From Vulcanimicrobiota bacterium (GTDB taxonomy: Bacteria > Vulcanimicrobiota > Vulcanimicrobiia > Vulcanimicrobiales > Vulcanimicrobiaceae): 64,000 bases of DNA. The notes under the pieces are model-generated. The model ran no database searches. It worked only from the letters and a program-made list of their open reading frames with translations, and had not been told where the DNA came from. Numbering within the stretch: position 1 is the stretch's first letter; every line of letters begins with the position of its first letter. Where the stretch lies: positions 128,001 through 192,000 of the forward strand of contig CAWHWQ010000003.1 of NCBI GenBank assembly GCA_963833095.1, in the 5' to 3' direction. Positions 20,666 to 30,996 of the stretch are shown piece after piece. A program made the translations under genes and the position numbers.

Positions 20666-21720
20666 TGTGCGAAAAGACGGCGAGCGTCGAACGGCCCCGG
20701 CGATGCCTCCGGATGGAACTGGACCGCTGCCACCGGGAGCTCGCGATGACGGAATCCTTCGTTGGTGCCATCGTTGAGATTGGTCATCGTCGGTTCAAGA
20801 TCGTCCGGCATGGACCGCGTATCGACAGCATAGCCGTGATTGTGCGCCGTGATCAAAACCTCGTCGCGAATCAAATCCTTTACCGGCTGATTCCCGCCGC
20901 GATGTCCGTACGGAAGTTTGTAGGTCTGTGCGCCGCATGCGAGAGCCAGCAACTGATGTCCAAGACACACGCCGAAAAGCGGTTTTCGGCCAAGAAGCCC
21001 GCGCAGCGTTTCGATCGTTTCACTGAGATCGGTCGGATCGCCCGGACCCGGTGAGATGAAGATCGCGTCCGGGTCGCCGCGCAGCAGTTCTTCTTCGGTT
21101 GCGTTGTAGGGCACGACGGTGACCTCGCTGCCCAGCGCGGTCAACTCGCGCAAGATCGCGCGCTTGACGCCACAATCGATGAGGGTCACACGCGGGCCGC
21201 CGCGCGTACCTTCAACGTGGCGTTCGCGGGTTGCGACGCTTGGAACCAGGTTCGCCGTGCTGGCCGACCGCACGAACCGGGCAAGTTCGCGTTCCGCGCG
21301 TTCGAGCGCAGCCTCTCCGACCGCGAGCGCAGCCCAAATCGTTCCATGTTCGCGTAACGTAATGGTGATGGCGCGCGTGTCCGCGCCCACCATCGTCGGA
21401 ATTTTCTGCTCGTCGAGCCAGTCCGGCAGCGCTGCCTTGCTCAAGTAGTGCGAGGGATGGCGCGCGATCTCTTTGATTATGGCGCCGCTGACGCAGGCGC
21501 GCGGGTACTGCGCAGCGCTTCCGGAGATACCGTAATTGCCGATGAGCGGGTACGTGAACGTGAGGATCTGGCCGGCGTACGACGGGTCGGTGAGGGCTTC
21601 TTCATAGCCGGTCATGCCGGTATAAAAGACCGCTTCGCCCAGGGAGAGACCCTCGTGGCGCAAGCCGAAGCCGTCGAAGCGCGAGCCGTCGGCGAGGAAC
21701 AGTGCTGCGGGGATGGTCAT
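20635..21720 (-). CDS. carA: Carbamoyl-phosphate synthase small subunit
   Basis: TGMTGYEEALTDPSY, SPGPGDP, GVCLGHQ, QFHPEASPGP. Confidence 0.97.
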   Translation of the reverse strand: MTIPAALFLADGSRFDGFGLRHEGLSLGEAVFYTGMTGYEEALTDPSYAGQILTFTYPLIGNYGISGSAAQYPRACVSGAIIKEIARHPSHYLSKAALPDWLDEQKIPTMVGADTRAITITLREHGTIWAALAVGEAALERAERELARFVRSASTANLVPSVATRERHVEGTRGGPRVTLIDCGVKRAILRELTALGSEVTVVPYNATEEELLRGDPDAIFISPGPGDPTDLSETIETLRGLLGRKPLFGVCLGHQLLALACGAQTYKLPYGHRGGNQPVKDLIRDEVLITAHNHGYAVDTRSMPDDLEPTMTNLNDGTNEGFRHRELPVAAVQFHPEASPGPFDARRLFAQWLSTLPSVR

Positions 21721-21779
21721 GCTAAAGCAATGGCGGTTATACAGAGGGGCCCCGCAAACCTGGAGTTAACGCGCTGGGA

Positions 21780-22412
21780 ATGGACTGGCACTTCGGCGCA
21801 ACGGCCTTCGCGACCGCAATAACCATCATCGACCCGATCGGCATGATTCCGATTACGGCCGCGACGACCGCGCATTTTGATCGCGGCAAGCGCAATCGCA
21901 TCGTCGATCAGGCCGTCCTCGTGGCGGCAATCGTGATGCTTGCGATGGGTCTGGTCGGCCCGTACTTGCTCGACTACCTCGGCATCACGCTGCCGGCCTT
22001 TGGCATCGCCGGCGGAATTCTGCTCTTCTTGATCGCGATCGACATGCTCTTTGCTCGTCCGACCGGCGCGCGCGCGACCAGTGAGGAAGAACGCGTCGCA
22101 CGCGAGGGCGAGAATCCCGCGGTTTTTCCGCTGGCGATTCCCATGATTGCGGGTCCCGGAACGATCGCGACGGTGCTTTTGCTCGTCAACCTGGCGCGCG
22201 GAAATCCCGCGCGGGATGCGCTCGTACTACTAGCTTATGCGGCCGCGCTCGCGATCGCGTGGCTGTGCATGCGCGGCGCAGCTCGCTATCTGCATCGCTT
22301 GGGAACGACCGGCATTCACGTGGTAACCCGCGTGCTCGGAATCATCCTTGCCGCGCTTGCCGTGCAATTCGTGATCAACGGCATCCTGCAGACGCCGCTC
22401 GTACGGCACTAG
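21780..22412 (+). CDS. MarC family membrane protein
   Basis: IDPIG, FGIAGGILL, FPLAIPMIAGPG, TRVLGIILAALAVQ. Confidence 0.93.
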   Translation: MDWHFGATAFATAITIIDPIGMIPITAATTAHFDRGKRNRIVDQAVLVAAIVMLAMGLVGPYLLDYLGITLPAFGIAGGILLFLIAIDMLFARPTGARATSEEERVAREGENPAVFPLAIPMIAGPGTIATVLLLVNLARGNPARDALVLLAYAAALAIAWLCMRGAARYLHRLGTTGIHVVTRVLGIILAALAVQFVINGILQTPLVRH

Positions 22413-22439
22413 CGTATACTGGCACAAGAGGGAGATCCT

Positions 22440-22718
22440 ATGGAAAACGATGATCCGCCCGCAGAACAAATGATTCACGATCTCGGCATCGATCCGACGC
22501 TCGAGATCGACTCGGATCAGCGTGCTGAACTGCTCCGCCGGTGGCACCGTGAGTTCGGCAGCCGCTACGGCAATGAACCCGACGTCAAAGGCGACCTAGG
22601 GGACGGCGATATCGACTCGGGGGATAATCGCGCCGAGCTGCTCCGCGGGTGGCACCAAGGATCGCAGAGCCGTTACGGTAGCGAGCCCGACGTCAAAGGC
22701 GATCTCGAAGGGGATTAG
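22440..22718 (+). CDS. Small acidic protein with an internal 35-aa tandem duplication
   Basis: GAGGGAG SD; two copies of IDS..RAELLRxWH....SRYGxEPDVKGDL. Confidence 0.7.
   Translation: MENDDPPAEQMIHDLGIDPTLEIDSDQRAELLRRWHREFGSRYGNEPDVKGDLGDGDIDSGDNRAELLRGWHQGSQSRYGSEPDVKGDLEGD
22506..22718 (+). repeat. Two-copy 105-nt tandem repeat within the CDS
   Basis: Units start at 22506 and 22611 (atcgactcgg); shared cccgacgtcaaaggcga. Confidence 0.85.
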
Positions 22719-22753
22719 CTCGCGTGCGCGAGCGAAGCCGCGCGGCAAAGCTT

Positions 22754-24028
22754 TTAGCTTTGATGGATAACGTCACGCCAACGCAGCTCGCCGGCTACGA
22801 TTGTAGCGATTGCGCAGCGTGGCAACGTACGCCCCTCGAACGGCGTGCTCTTTCCCTTTGATGCAAACCTCGAGGAGTCGACGGTCCAGGCGCGATCGGC
22901 AAAGATCGTGACGTCGCCCGGCGCACCAATGCGCAGCGTGCCGCCTGCGACGTTGAGAATTCGCGCTGGATTGGTTGAGAGGAGCGCCACGAAGCGGTCG
23001 AGCGGCAGATCGGGGATCGCCAATGCATACGCGCCGATCGCGATCTCCAGCCCGGTGAAACCGACCGCAGCGCTTTTCAGATCGCCGGATTTCTCTTCCT
23101 TCGTGTGCGGCGCGTGGTCGGTTGCAAACACGTCGATGCTGCCGTCACGCACGCCGTCGCGCAGCGCGCGCGCGTCGGCCTGCGTTCGCAGGGGCGGATT
23201 TACCTTCGCGCTCGTCCCGCGTTCGCGAACGGTTTCGTCCGTGAGCAGCAGGTGGTGCGGCGTCACCTCGGCGGTCGCTGTACCGCCCTGCGCGCGGGAC
23301 CAGCAGACCAGGGCCAGCGATCGCGCGGTGGAGAGATGGGCGATGTGCCACGCCTTTCCGGTATCCAATGCAATGATCAAATCGCGAGCGACGATCACGT
23401 CTTCGCTCAGGCTAGGCGCACCCACGACACCGAGGGCATCGGCCACCGCACCCGCTGTCATCACCCCATCGCCTTTGAGATCGTCGTCCTCCGCATGAGA
23501 GATGAATGCTCCCGCTACATTGCGGGCTTGTAAAGCGGCATCGCGCAAGACGCGCGCGCTTGCGACCGTCGTGCCGTCATCCGAGAATGCAACGGCGCCC
23601 GCATCCGCGAGTGCTGCAAAATCGACGCTCTGCGCCCCTTCGCGCCCACGCGTGATAGCAGCGACCGGGTAGACGCGGCAGCGCGCGTCGCGCGCCGCAA
23701 TACTTGCGAGGTGCGCGAGTGCTTCGGGCGCATCGAGCGCGGGCTGCGTATTTGGCATGCATGCAACGGCGGTAAATCCGCCTTGAACTGCCGCCTGGGT
23801 TCCGGTTGCAATCGTCTCTTTCTGCGAAAACCCCGGTTCACGAAGATGGACGTGCATGTCGATAAAACCAGGCGCAACGACGGCGCCGGTTGCATCGAAG
23901 ACTTGTTCGCCGAATGCCGGCTGCAGATGCTCGCCGATCTCGACGACGGCGCCTCCTGCGATGCGCACATCGCGCCGCGCATCAATGCCCTGCGACGGAT
24001 CGATCAGCCGTCCACCGTGGATCAGCAC
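22754..24028 (-). CDS. pyrC: Dihydroorotase
   Basis: PGFIDMHVHLREPG, CMPNT, KVNPPLR, ATDHAPH. Confidence 0.96.
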   Translation of the reverse strand: MLIHGGRLIDPSQGIDARRDVRIAGGAVVEIGEHLQPAFGEQVFDATGAVVAPGFIDMHVHLREPGFSQKETIATGTQAAVQGGFTAVACMPNTQPALDAPEALAHLASIAARDARCRVYPVAAITRGREGAQSVDFAALADAGAVAFSDDGTTVASARVLRDAALQARNVAGAFISHAEDDDLKGDGVMTAGAVADALGVVGAPSLSEDVIVARDLIIALDTGKAWHIAHLSTARSLALVCWSRAQGGTATAEVTPHHLLLTDETVRERGTSAKVNPPLRTQADARALRDGVRDGSIDVFATDHAPHTKEEKSGDLKSAAVGFTGLEIAIGAYALAIPDLPLDRFVALLSTNPARILNVAGGTLRIGAPGDVTIFADRAWTVDSSRFASKGKSTPFEGRTLPRCAIATIVAGELRWRDVIHQS

Positions 24029-24030
24029 CT

Positions 24031-24205
24031 AGCGTCGTGCCCCCCAAGTTCGGTACATAAAGCCAGCCGTCGCGGTAGCGGCGCCGAAAGTGCACTGGCC
24101 TCGTTGCTCGTCAGTCACAGAGCGTGCACTATGCTCCTTCCTCGCGCCTCGCCTTTGCACTTCGGCGCTCGCGACTTTATGCATCGAACTCGGGGGCACG
24201 ACGCT
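24031..24205. repeat. 175-bp palindromic, MITE-like element filling the pyrB-pyrC gap
   Basis: About 31-bp terminal inverted repeats (agcgtcgtgccccc..ataaag / ctttat..gggggcacgacgct) plus an inner gcgccgaa(a)gtgca/tgcacttcggcgc stem. Confidence 0.8.
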
Positions 24206-25122
24206 TAGCTAACGCGCTCGCGGGTGCCGTTGACCAAGAGATCCAGGACGGCCATCCGTATGTACACGCCATGGTGCACCTGGCGCGCGTAGCGCCAACC
24301 GGCAAATTCTAGCACGGTGTCGTCGAGCTCCATACCGCGGTTATACGGGCCGGGATGCATGATGATCGCATGCTTTTGCAGGCGGGCGAGCCGGCGCCCG
24401 TCGAGCTGATAGCGTTCGATGTACTCACGATCGTCGATCGGCATCTGCGCGAAACGCTCGCGCTGAATGCGTAACAAAATCACCGCATCAGCCGACTCCA
24501 GTGCGCTATCGAGGTCGCGGGCGACTTTCGCTCCAGCGATTGCATCCTCGGCGCTCAAAAAGCATTCCGGCCCGACGAGTAACGTTTGCGCGCCCAAGCG
24601 AGCCAGACCGAGAACCGTCGAATGAGCGACGCGTGAGTGAGTAACGTCGCCGACGATTGCGATGGTGCGCCCCTCCAATGATCCAAACTCGTCGCGCAGC
24701 GTGAAGAGATCCAGCAGCGCCTGCGTGGGATGGGCATGCGATCCGTCGCCGGCATTGATCACGTGCCCGTCGAACGCGGCCGCGGCGCGCGCCGGAAAGC
24801 CTGCCTCGGGATGACGGATGACGATAATGCCGATCCCCATCGCCGAAAGCGTGAGCATGGTATCCTCCACCGTTTCGCCCTTGGTCGCGAGGCTCAACTC
24901 CTTGGGGGAAAGGTTGACGACATTGGCACCCAGCCGCATTTGTGCAAGGTTGAAGGACGTAAACGTTCGCGTGCTTTGCTCGAAAAAAAGGTTGACCGCG
25001 TCAACCCCTTCGAGTAATCGTCCCGGCGCGTGACCTTCGAAAGAGCGCGTCTGCTCGAAGATCGCTTCGATTTCGTCGCCGGAAAGATCGTCAAGATCAA
25101 TAAGACTACGTCGGGTGCGCAT
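24205..25122 (-). CDS. pyrB: Aspartate carbamoyltransferase catalytic subunit
   Basis: FFEQSTRT, INAGDGSHAHPTQALLD, MHPGP; start reassigned to MRTRRS. Confidence 0.96.
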   Translation of the reverse strand: MRTRRSLIDLDDLSGDEIEAIFEQTRSFEGHAPGRLLEGVDAVNLFFEQSTRTFTSFNLAQMRLGANVVNLSPKELSLATKGETVEDTMLTLSAMGIGIIVIRHPEAGFPARAAAAFDGHVINAGDGSHAHPTQALLDLFTLRDEFGSLEGRTIAIVGDVTHSRVAHSTVLGLARLGAQTLLVGPECFLSAEDAIAGAKVARDLDSALESADAVILLRIQRERFAQMPIDDREYIERYQLDGRRLARLQKHAIIMHPGPYNRGMELDDTVLEFAGWRYARQVHHGVYIRMAVLDLLVNGTRERVS

Positions 25123-25651
25123 GAATCGAGACCTCATCGCTAGTCGTTGCTTGCGCAGCGAGTGCGACCTTGACGTGTTCGCGCCGGCTGGTTGGAATGA
25201 CTCGGCCGACGTAGTCGGCCTGGATCGGCAGTTCGCGCAATCCGCGATCGACCATGACGCAGAGCCGGATCGCCGCCGGACGGCCAAGGTCGGTCACCGC
25301 GTCGAGCGCTGCGCGAATAGTGCGGCCGGTAAAGAGCACGTCATCGGCGATGATCACGAGCCGGTCGCTAATGTCGACCGGAATCTGCGATTCGGGCATC
25401 TCGTGCTTAACGCGGTCATCGCGATAGAGATTGATGTTGAGAAACCCCAGTGCCGGCGCTTTGCCGCAGATGCGTTCGATTTCGCTCGCGAGCCGTTGCG
25501 CTAGAGCTTCGCCGCCGCGTCGTACGCCGATCAGCACGACACCGCGCTGCGCGTCGTCGGGCTCGAGGATCTGATGCGCGAGGCGCGCGATGACGCGCGC
25601 GATCTCGTCGCTCTCGAGCAAAACGCGCGATTTCTGCATTGCGGTGGTCAT
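25106..25651 (-). CDS. pyrR: PyrR bifunctional regulator / uracil phosphoribosyltransferase
   Basis: RLAHQILE, LYRDD, DDVLFTGRTIRAA, DRGLRELPIQADYVG. Confidence 0.95.
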   Translation of the reverse strand: MTTAMQKSRVLLESDEIARVIARLAHQILEPDDAQRGVVLIGVRRGGEALAQRLASEIERICGKAPALGFLNINLYRDDRVKHEMPESQIPVDISDRLVIIADDVLFTGRTIRAALDAVTDLGRPAAIRLCVMVDRGLRELPIQADYVGRVIPTSRREHVKVALAAQATTSDEVSIHAHPT

Positions 25652-28272
25652 GCAGTCTCTCCCATGGCGGCCAGCGCAGCCTCTACGCGGGCTAGTTCGT
25701 TCCGATATCCTTCCAGCTTCTCACGCTCCTTCGCAACCACGCTGGACGCCGCCTTGGCGATGAAGTCTTGGTTGCCAAGCTTGCGTTCACCGCGCTCCAC
25801 CTCGCCGCGCAGCCGCGTCGCGTCTTTGCGGTAGCGTTCGAGCAAAAGCGTGGGTGGCGCCTCGACCACGATTCCGCTGATGCCACCCTGGATCGCGGCG
25901 TCCACCGTAATTATTGCCCCCGCGGCGGCAGGCGCGTAGCTCGCAATTGCCTCAAGCGCCGCCGCGCCAAGATCTCCCGGCATGCGCGTCGGTGGTTTCG
26001 AGCCCAGCGGCAGCTCCAACTCTTGCTTGAGACGGCGAATCTGCTCGGTTGCGGCCATGTGCACCTCGAAGGCTGCTGTGGCATCGCGATCGACCGGCAC
26101 TTCGAGACGGTCCGGCCATGTTGCGGTCATGATCGTCACACCGTCGTGCGGAAGCGCGAGCCAAACCTCTTCGCTGATGAACGGCTCGATCGGATGGAGC
26201 ACCCGCATCGCATTGTTCAACACGAACGACAAAACGGCGGCGCGGGTGGCATGATTCTGTTCCACCTTCGTTGCTTCCACATACCAGTCGCAGAATTCAT
26301 ACCACACGAATCGCCAGATTGCATCAGCAGCGTTGCCGAAGTCAAATCCGTCGAACGCTCGCTGACCGTCGCGATCGTATCGTGCAGGCGGGTGAGAATC
26401 CATTTGTCCGCCACCGTCAAATCCGCGGCTTTAGGCAGCGTCATTGCGCGCGGCAAGCCTTCGCGCAGCGATAGCATGTAGTGCGTCGCGTTCCAAATCT
26501 TATTGTTGAAGTTGCGCGCCTCTTCGCAGCGCGACTCCTGAAAGCGAATCTCTTGAGCTTCCAGGCGCATCTGCCGAATGATACCCATGCGAAACGCGTC
26601 GGCACCATAGCGTTCGACCAGATCCATCGGATCGATCGCGTTGCCGAGCGACTTGGACATCTTGCGCCCCTGCGCGTCGAAAACGAGCGGCGCGATGAAG
26701 ACGGTTGGGAACGGAATTTCGCCCATAAAGTGAATGCCGAGCATCACCATGCGCGCGACCCATAGAAAGATGATCTCCCATCCGGTCATCAGCACTTGCG
26801 CCGGATACCAGCACTCCAACTCCGGCGTTTTCTCCGGCCAACCGAAGATCGAGAATGGCCACAAACCGCTCGAGAACCAGGTATCGAGCGTATCCGGGTC
26901 GCGGGTGAGCGGTGCGCGCGTCCGAATCGTCGAACTGTGCGATCTCCAGCGCTTCTTCTTCGGTCTCCGCGACGACTTGCGCCCGCCGGCCGTGTACCAA
27001 ACCGGCAGCTGATGTCCCCACCAAACCTGGCGCGAGATGTTCCAGTCGCGGATGTTTTCGAGCCAGTGCTCGTACGTGCGGCCGTAGCGTTCGGGAACGA
27101 AACGCAAGCGTCCGTCACGATAGGCCTCCAACGCCGGTTCGGCCAGCGGCGCCATCTTGACGAACCACTGCTCCGATAGCAGCGGCTCGATGACTTCACC
27201 CGTACGCGCGCTGAGCGCGACCGCATGCCGGTAGGCTTCTTCTTTAACCAGCGCAGCCCTTGCGCGCAGATCTTCACGATGCGCTTGCGTGCCGCGAAGC
27301 GGTCGAGCCCATCGTAGGGCCCGACGCCGATCTCCGCGCCGCTGATCTTGGCATCGGCGTCCATGACCGTGGGCATCGGAAGATTGTGGCGCAGGCCGAT
27401 CTCGTAGTCGGTCGCATCGTGCGCCGGCGTCACCTTCACCGCGCCGGTGCCGAAACCGCGCTCGACCGCCGCATCGGCAATGATCGGAATCTCGCGACCG
27501 ATCAACGGCGTAACACAACGCGCATTCCGATGAAGGCAGTGTAGCGTTCGTCTTCGGGATGCACGGCGATGGCGGTATCGCCAAGCATCGTTTCCGGCCG
27601 CGTCGTTGCGATCTCGATCGTAAAGCGACCGTCCTTCGCCCGGTAGGCGATGTGCCACAGATGCGAATCACGTTCGTCGTGGTCGACCTCCGCATCGGAG
27701 ACGGTCGTCTTACCCTTGGGGTCCCAATTGATCAGGCGCTTCCCGCGATACACGAGCCCCTCGCGATAGAGCGATACGAAGACTTTGCGCACCGCGGCGG
27801 AGAGCCCGTCGTCCATCGTAAAGCGCTAGCGTTGCCAGTCGGGACCGAAACCGAGCGTGCGAAACTGCGATTTGATCGTCCCGCCGTTCGTTCGTGACCA
27901 CTCCCATGCGCGCTCGATAAAACCCTCACGCCCCAGACTGTCGCGTGAGATTCCCTCCGCGGCCAGTTCGCGGACGAGCACCGATTCCGTGGCAATCGCG
28001 GCGTGATCGAGGCCCGGCAGCCAGTCCGCGTTATCGCCGAGCATCCGGTGGTAGCGCGTGAGGACGTCCTTCGGCGTGTAGGTCGAGCCGTGGCCCAAGT
28101 GCGCGCGGCCGGTAACGTTCGGCGGGGGCATCGGAATGATGAACGGCGGGCGTGCGGGATCGGGATCCTCGTGAAAGTATCCGTTGCGCTCCCAGAACTC
28201 GTAGAGCCGCGGTTCAACGCTCTTGGGATCGTAGATTTTGGGGAGATCGGTGGAATGCTGCGGGGAGGTCAT
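25648..28272 (-). CDS. valS: Valine--tRNA ligase, with several frameshifts and one in-frame TAG in this sequence
   Basis: [51 protein letters not shown]-terminal coiled coil. Confidence 0.96.
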
Positions 28273-28303
28273 GCGAGCGCAGGTAGTTCCGCGCCCCCTA
28301 AGC

Positions 28304-28873
28304 CTAGCCCTCGCCCACCGCCGTGCCGGCGATTCCGCGCTCGCGCGCGGCGAGCAGCTCCAGCAGCACGTTGCGCTTTTCCTCTTCGGTCGGCGCGAGA
28401 TGGTAGACCTCGTACGCCTCACCGAGCATCGTTGCAAGGCCCTCGTACGTCAACGCTTGCGATTCGGCCGAGGCCGGAGCGCGCGTCGGATTGGTCGAGC
28501 GTAGATGGCCGTCGATGCGTCCACGTTCGAGCAACCGGATCAGCGTGCTCTCGCAGGATGGGCGGCGGTAGAGATTGCGTCGGGCACGGATGCCGGGGAA
28601 TGCCGCGCGAACGCGCGTGATGAATCCCAGATCGTCCAGCGCCGCTAGTGCTTCGAACACCATCGACGAGCTATAGAGGCCAAGGTCCTCACGAATCTGA
28701 TCGACTGTCGGACTGCACTCCCCGCGCGGATCGCAAAGCATCGTCAGATACATGTACATGCTCGTCTGCCGCGGATTGAGCACGTGAAAGAGAAAGCCGC
28801 TCCACCACGCGGGAATCAGCGCCGACGGCGCACAGACGTGGTCCGGCTCACATGATGGGGGCAGTTTTTCCAC
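28304..28873 (-). CDS. Winged helix-turn-helix domain protein
   Basis: MYMYL...SPTVDQIREDLGL...VFEALAALDDLGFITR pattern resembles HTH_36. Confidence 0.65.
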   Translation of the reverse strand: MEKLPPSCEPDHVCAPSALIPAWWSGFLFHVLNPRQTSMYMYLTMLCDPRGECSPTVDQIREDLGLYSSSMVFEALAALDDLGFITRVRAAFPGIRARRNLYRRPSCESTLIRLLERGRIDGHLRSTNPTRAPASAESQALTYEGLATMLGEAYEVYHLAPTEEEKRNVLLELLAARERGIAGTAVGEG

Positions 28874-28970
28874 TGGCTCGCTCGTTTGGGATTCCTCTCT
28901 CTGTTAGCCTGCGCGGCTTAACGTCCAAAAATCTGGAGGTCTACGTGCCCAAAACGGCGCGAAACTACGC

Positions 28971-29003
28971 AAAAAAAAATCAGACCCTCGTAAAGGTCTG
29001 ATA
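28971..29003 (-). terminator. Intrinsic terminator after clpX
   Basis: atcagacc/ggtctgat hairpin followed by a long T run on the - strand. Confidence 0.88.
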
Positions 29004-29032
29004 AACTGCAGTAAAGCGCCTGCCAGTTTTGA

Positions 29033-30292
29033 CTATGCAGGCATGTCTTTTTTCTGCTCCTGATAGATTAACGTCGGCGCTTCTTTTTTGTCGATGACGT
29101 CTTTGTTGATGATGCACTTCTTGACGCCTTGCAGCGAGGGAAGATCGTACATCACGTCGAGCATCGTCTCTTCGAGAATCGAACGCAATCCGCGCGCGCC
29201 GGTCTTGCGGCCTTGCGCTTTGGTCGCGATCGCAACGAGCGCATCTTTGGTAAACTGCAGATCGACGCCGTCCATATTCAAGATTTTTTGGAACTGGCGC
29301 ACCAGCGCATTACGCGGTTCGGTGAGAATCCGGCGCAGCGCTAGCTCATCGAGCGCATCGAGAGTAACCACGATGGGCAGACGGCCGATGAACTCTGGAA
29401 TCAAGCCGAACTTGAGCAGATCCTCGGGCATCAGCTGCTGAAGCAGCTTGCCGGTTCGCGCGTCTTTCTTGCCTTCCGGCGTCGCACGGAAGCCCATGTT
29501 GTTGGCGCTGACGCGTGACTCGATAATCCGTTCGAGGCCGTCGAACGCGCCGCCACATATGAAGAGCACGTTGGTCGTGTCGATCTGGATGAACTCTTGA
29601 TGTGGGTGCTTACGGCCGCCCTGCGGCGGTACGTTTGCAGTCGTTCCTTCGAGAATCTTGAGCAACGCCTGCTGGACGCCTTCGCCCGAGACATCGCGCG
29701 TGATCGACGGATTTTCGCTCTTTCGCGCAATCTTGTCGATCTCGTCGATATAGACGATGCCCTTCTCGGCGCGCTTGACGTCGTAGTCCGCGGCTTGAAT
29801 GAGCTTGAGCAGAATGTTCTCGACGTCTTCACCGACGTAGCCCGCCTCGGTGAGCGAGGTCGCATCGGCCATCGCGAGCGGCACGTCGAGAATCTTGGCG
29901 AGCGTCTGCGCGAGGTACGTCTTGCCTGAACCGGTCGGTCCGACGAGCAAGATGTTCGACTTCTGCAACTCTACGTCGTCGGCGGCACCGCCGGCGTTGA
30001 TACGCTTGTAGTGGTTGTAGACGGCAACCGCAAGCGACTTCTTTGCGCGCTCTTGACCAATCACATACTGATTGAGGATGTGATTGATTTCTTTGGGCTT
30101 GGGGATATTGCGTAGGCGCAGGTTCTCATCGACGTTCTTGTAGAGCTCTTCTTCGATGATCTCGTTGCAAAGCTCAATACACTCGTCGCAAATGTAGACG
30201 CCTGGACCGGCGATCAACTTCCGGACTTGCTCCTGCGACTTGCCGCAGAAGCTACACTTGAGCTGACCCTTCTCGTCTCCGAATCGGAACAT
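29033..30292 (-). CDS. clpX: ATP-dependent Clp protease ATP-binding subunit ClpX
   Basis: CSFCGK zinc finger, [23 protein letters not shown]. Confidence 0.99.
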   Translation of the reverse strand: MFRFGDEKGQLKCSFCGKSQEQVRKLIAGPGVYICDECIELCNEIIEEELYKNVDENLRLRNIPKPKEINHILNQYVIGQERAKKSLAVAVYNHYKRINAGGAADDVELQKSNILLVGPTGSGKTYLAQTLAKILDVPLAMADATSLTEAGYVGEDVENILLKLIQAADYDVKRAEKGIVYIDEIDKIARKSENPSITRDVSGEGVQQALLKILEGTTANVPPQGGRKHPHQEFIQIDTTNVLFICGGAFDGLERIIESRVSANNMGFRATPEGKKDARTGKLLQQLMPEDLLKFGLIPEFIGRLPIVVTLDALDELALRRILTEPRNALVRQFQKILNMDGVDLQFTKDALVAIATKAQGRKTGARGLRSILEETMLDVMYDLPSLQGVKKCIINKDVIDKKEAPTLIYQEQKKDMPA

Positions 30293-30318
30293 ATCGGGGG
30301 CGGGCGTCCTCCTGGGCG

Positions 30319-30927
30319 TTAAGCCGGCTGCGACAAGGCTGAACGATCTTCGATAACGTGATCGATAATCCCGTAGTCCTTGGCTTCGTCGCTCGTCATA
30401 TAGTAGTCGCGGTCGATGTCCTTAAGGACCTGTTCGATGGGCTTTTTCGTGGTCCGCTCGTAAATGTGCGCGATCGTCTGGCGGGTAGCAATCAGGTCCC
30501 GGGCAGCGATTTCGACGTCGGTGGCCTGGCCGCCGATCTGCGAGACCCAGGGCTGATGGATCAGAATCTTCGAGTGGGGCAGGGAATAACGCTTCCCAGC
30601 CGCTCCCCCGGTCAGGAGAACCGACCCCATCGAGGCGGCCATACCCATGCAGATCGTCGCGACGTCGGCCTTAATGTAGCGCATGGCATCGTAGATCGCC
30701 AGGCCCGCCGTGACACTGCCGCCCGGCGAGTTGACGTACATGTCGATGTCCTTGTCGGGGTCTTCTTTTTCTAAAAAGAGCAACTGCGCGATCACCAGGT
30801 TCGCCAGATGGTCGTCGATCGCGCCGCCGACGAAGATGATCCGATCCTTGAGCAGCCGTGAGTAGATGTCGTACGCGCGTTCTCCGCGTGCGCTCTGCTC
30901 GACAACCATCGGAACGAGATGACCCAT
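30319..30927 (-). CDS. clpP: ATP-dependent Clp protease proteolytic subunit
   Basis: [27 protein letters not shown]. Confidence 0.99.
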   Translation of the reverse strand: MGHLVPMVVEQSARGERAYDIYSRLLKDRIIFVGGAIDDHLANLVIAQLLFLEKEDPDKDIDMYVNSPGGSVTAGLAIYDAMRYIKADVATICMGMAASMGSVLLTGGAAGKRYSLPHSKILIHQPWVSQIGGQATDVEIAARDLIATRQTIAHIYERTTKKPIEQVLKDIDRDYYMTSDEAKDYGIIDHVIEDRSALSQPA

Positions 30928-30996
30928 AATATTCTGCGATGCTCCTTGGTGTGCTAGGTTCCTACTTGATACGCGCCTTGTAACCGCGACGTTTCG

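Noticed and set aside
22506..22718. CRISPR-like repeat
   Set aside because: Only two in-frame 105-nt coding units with no spacers and no cas genes
27826..27828. In-frame TAG in valS (DWQR*RFTMD) as possible stop-codon recoding
   Set aside because: Single instance at a conserved Glu (GAG to TAG) in an error-rich block; TAG terminates many intact genes in the window
28273..28303. T-box leader for valS
   Set aside because: Only about 30 nt of intergenic space and no T-box motif
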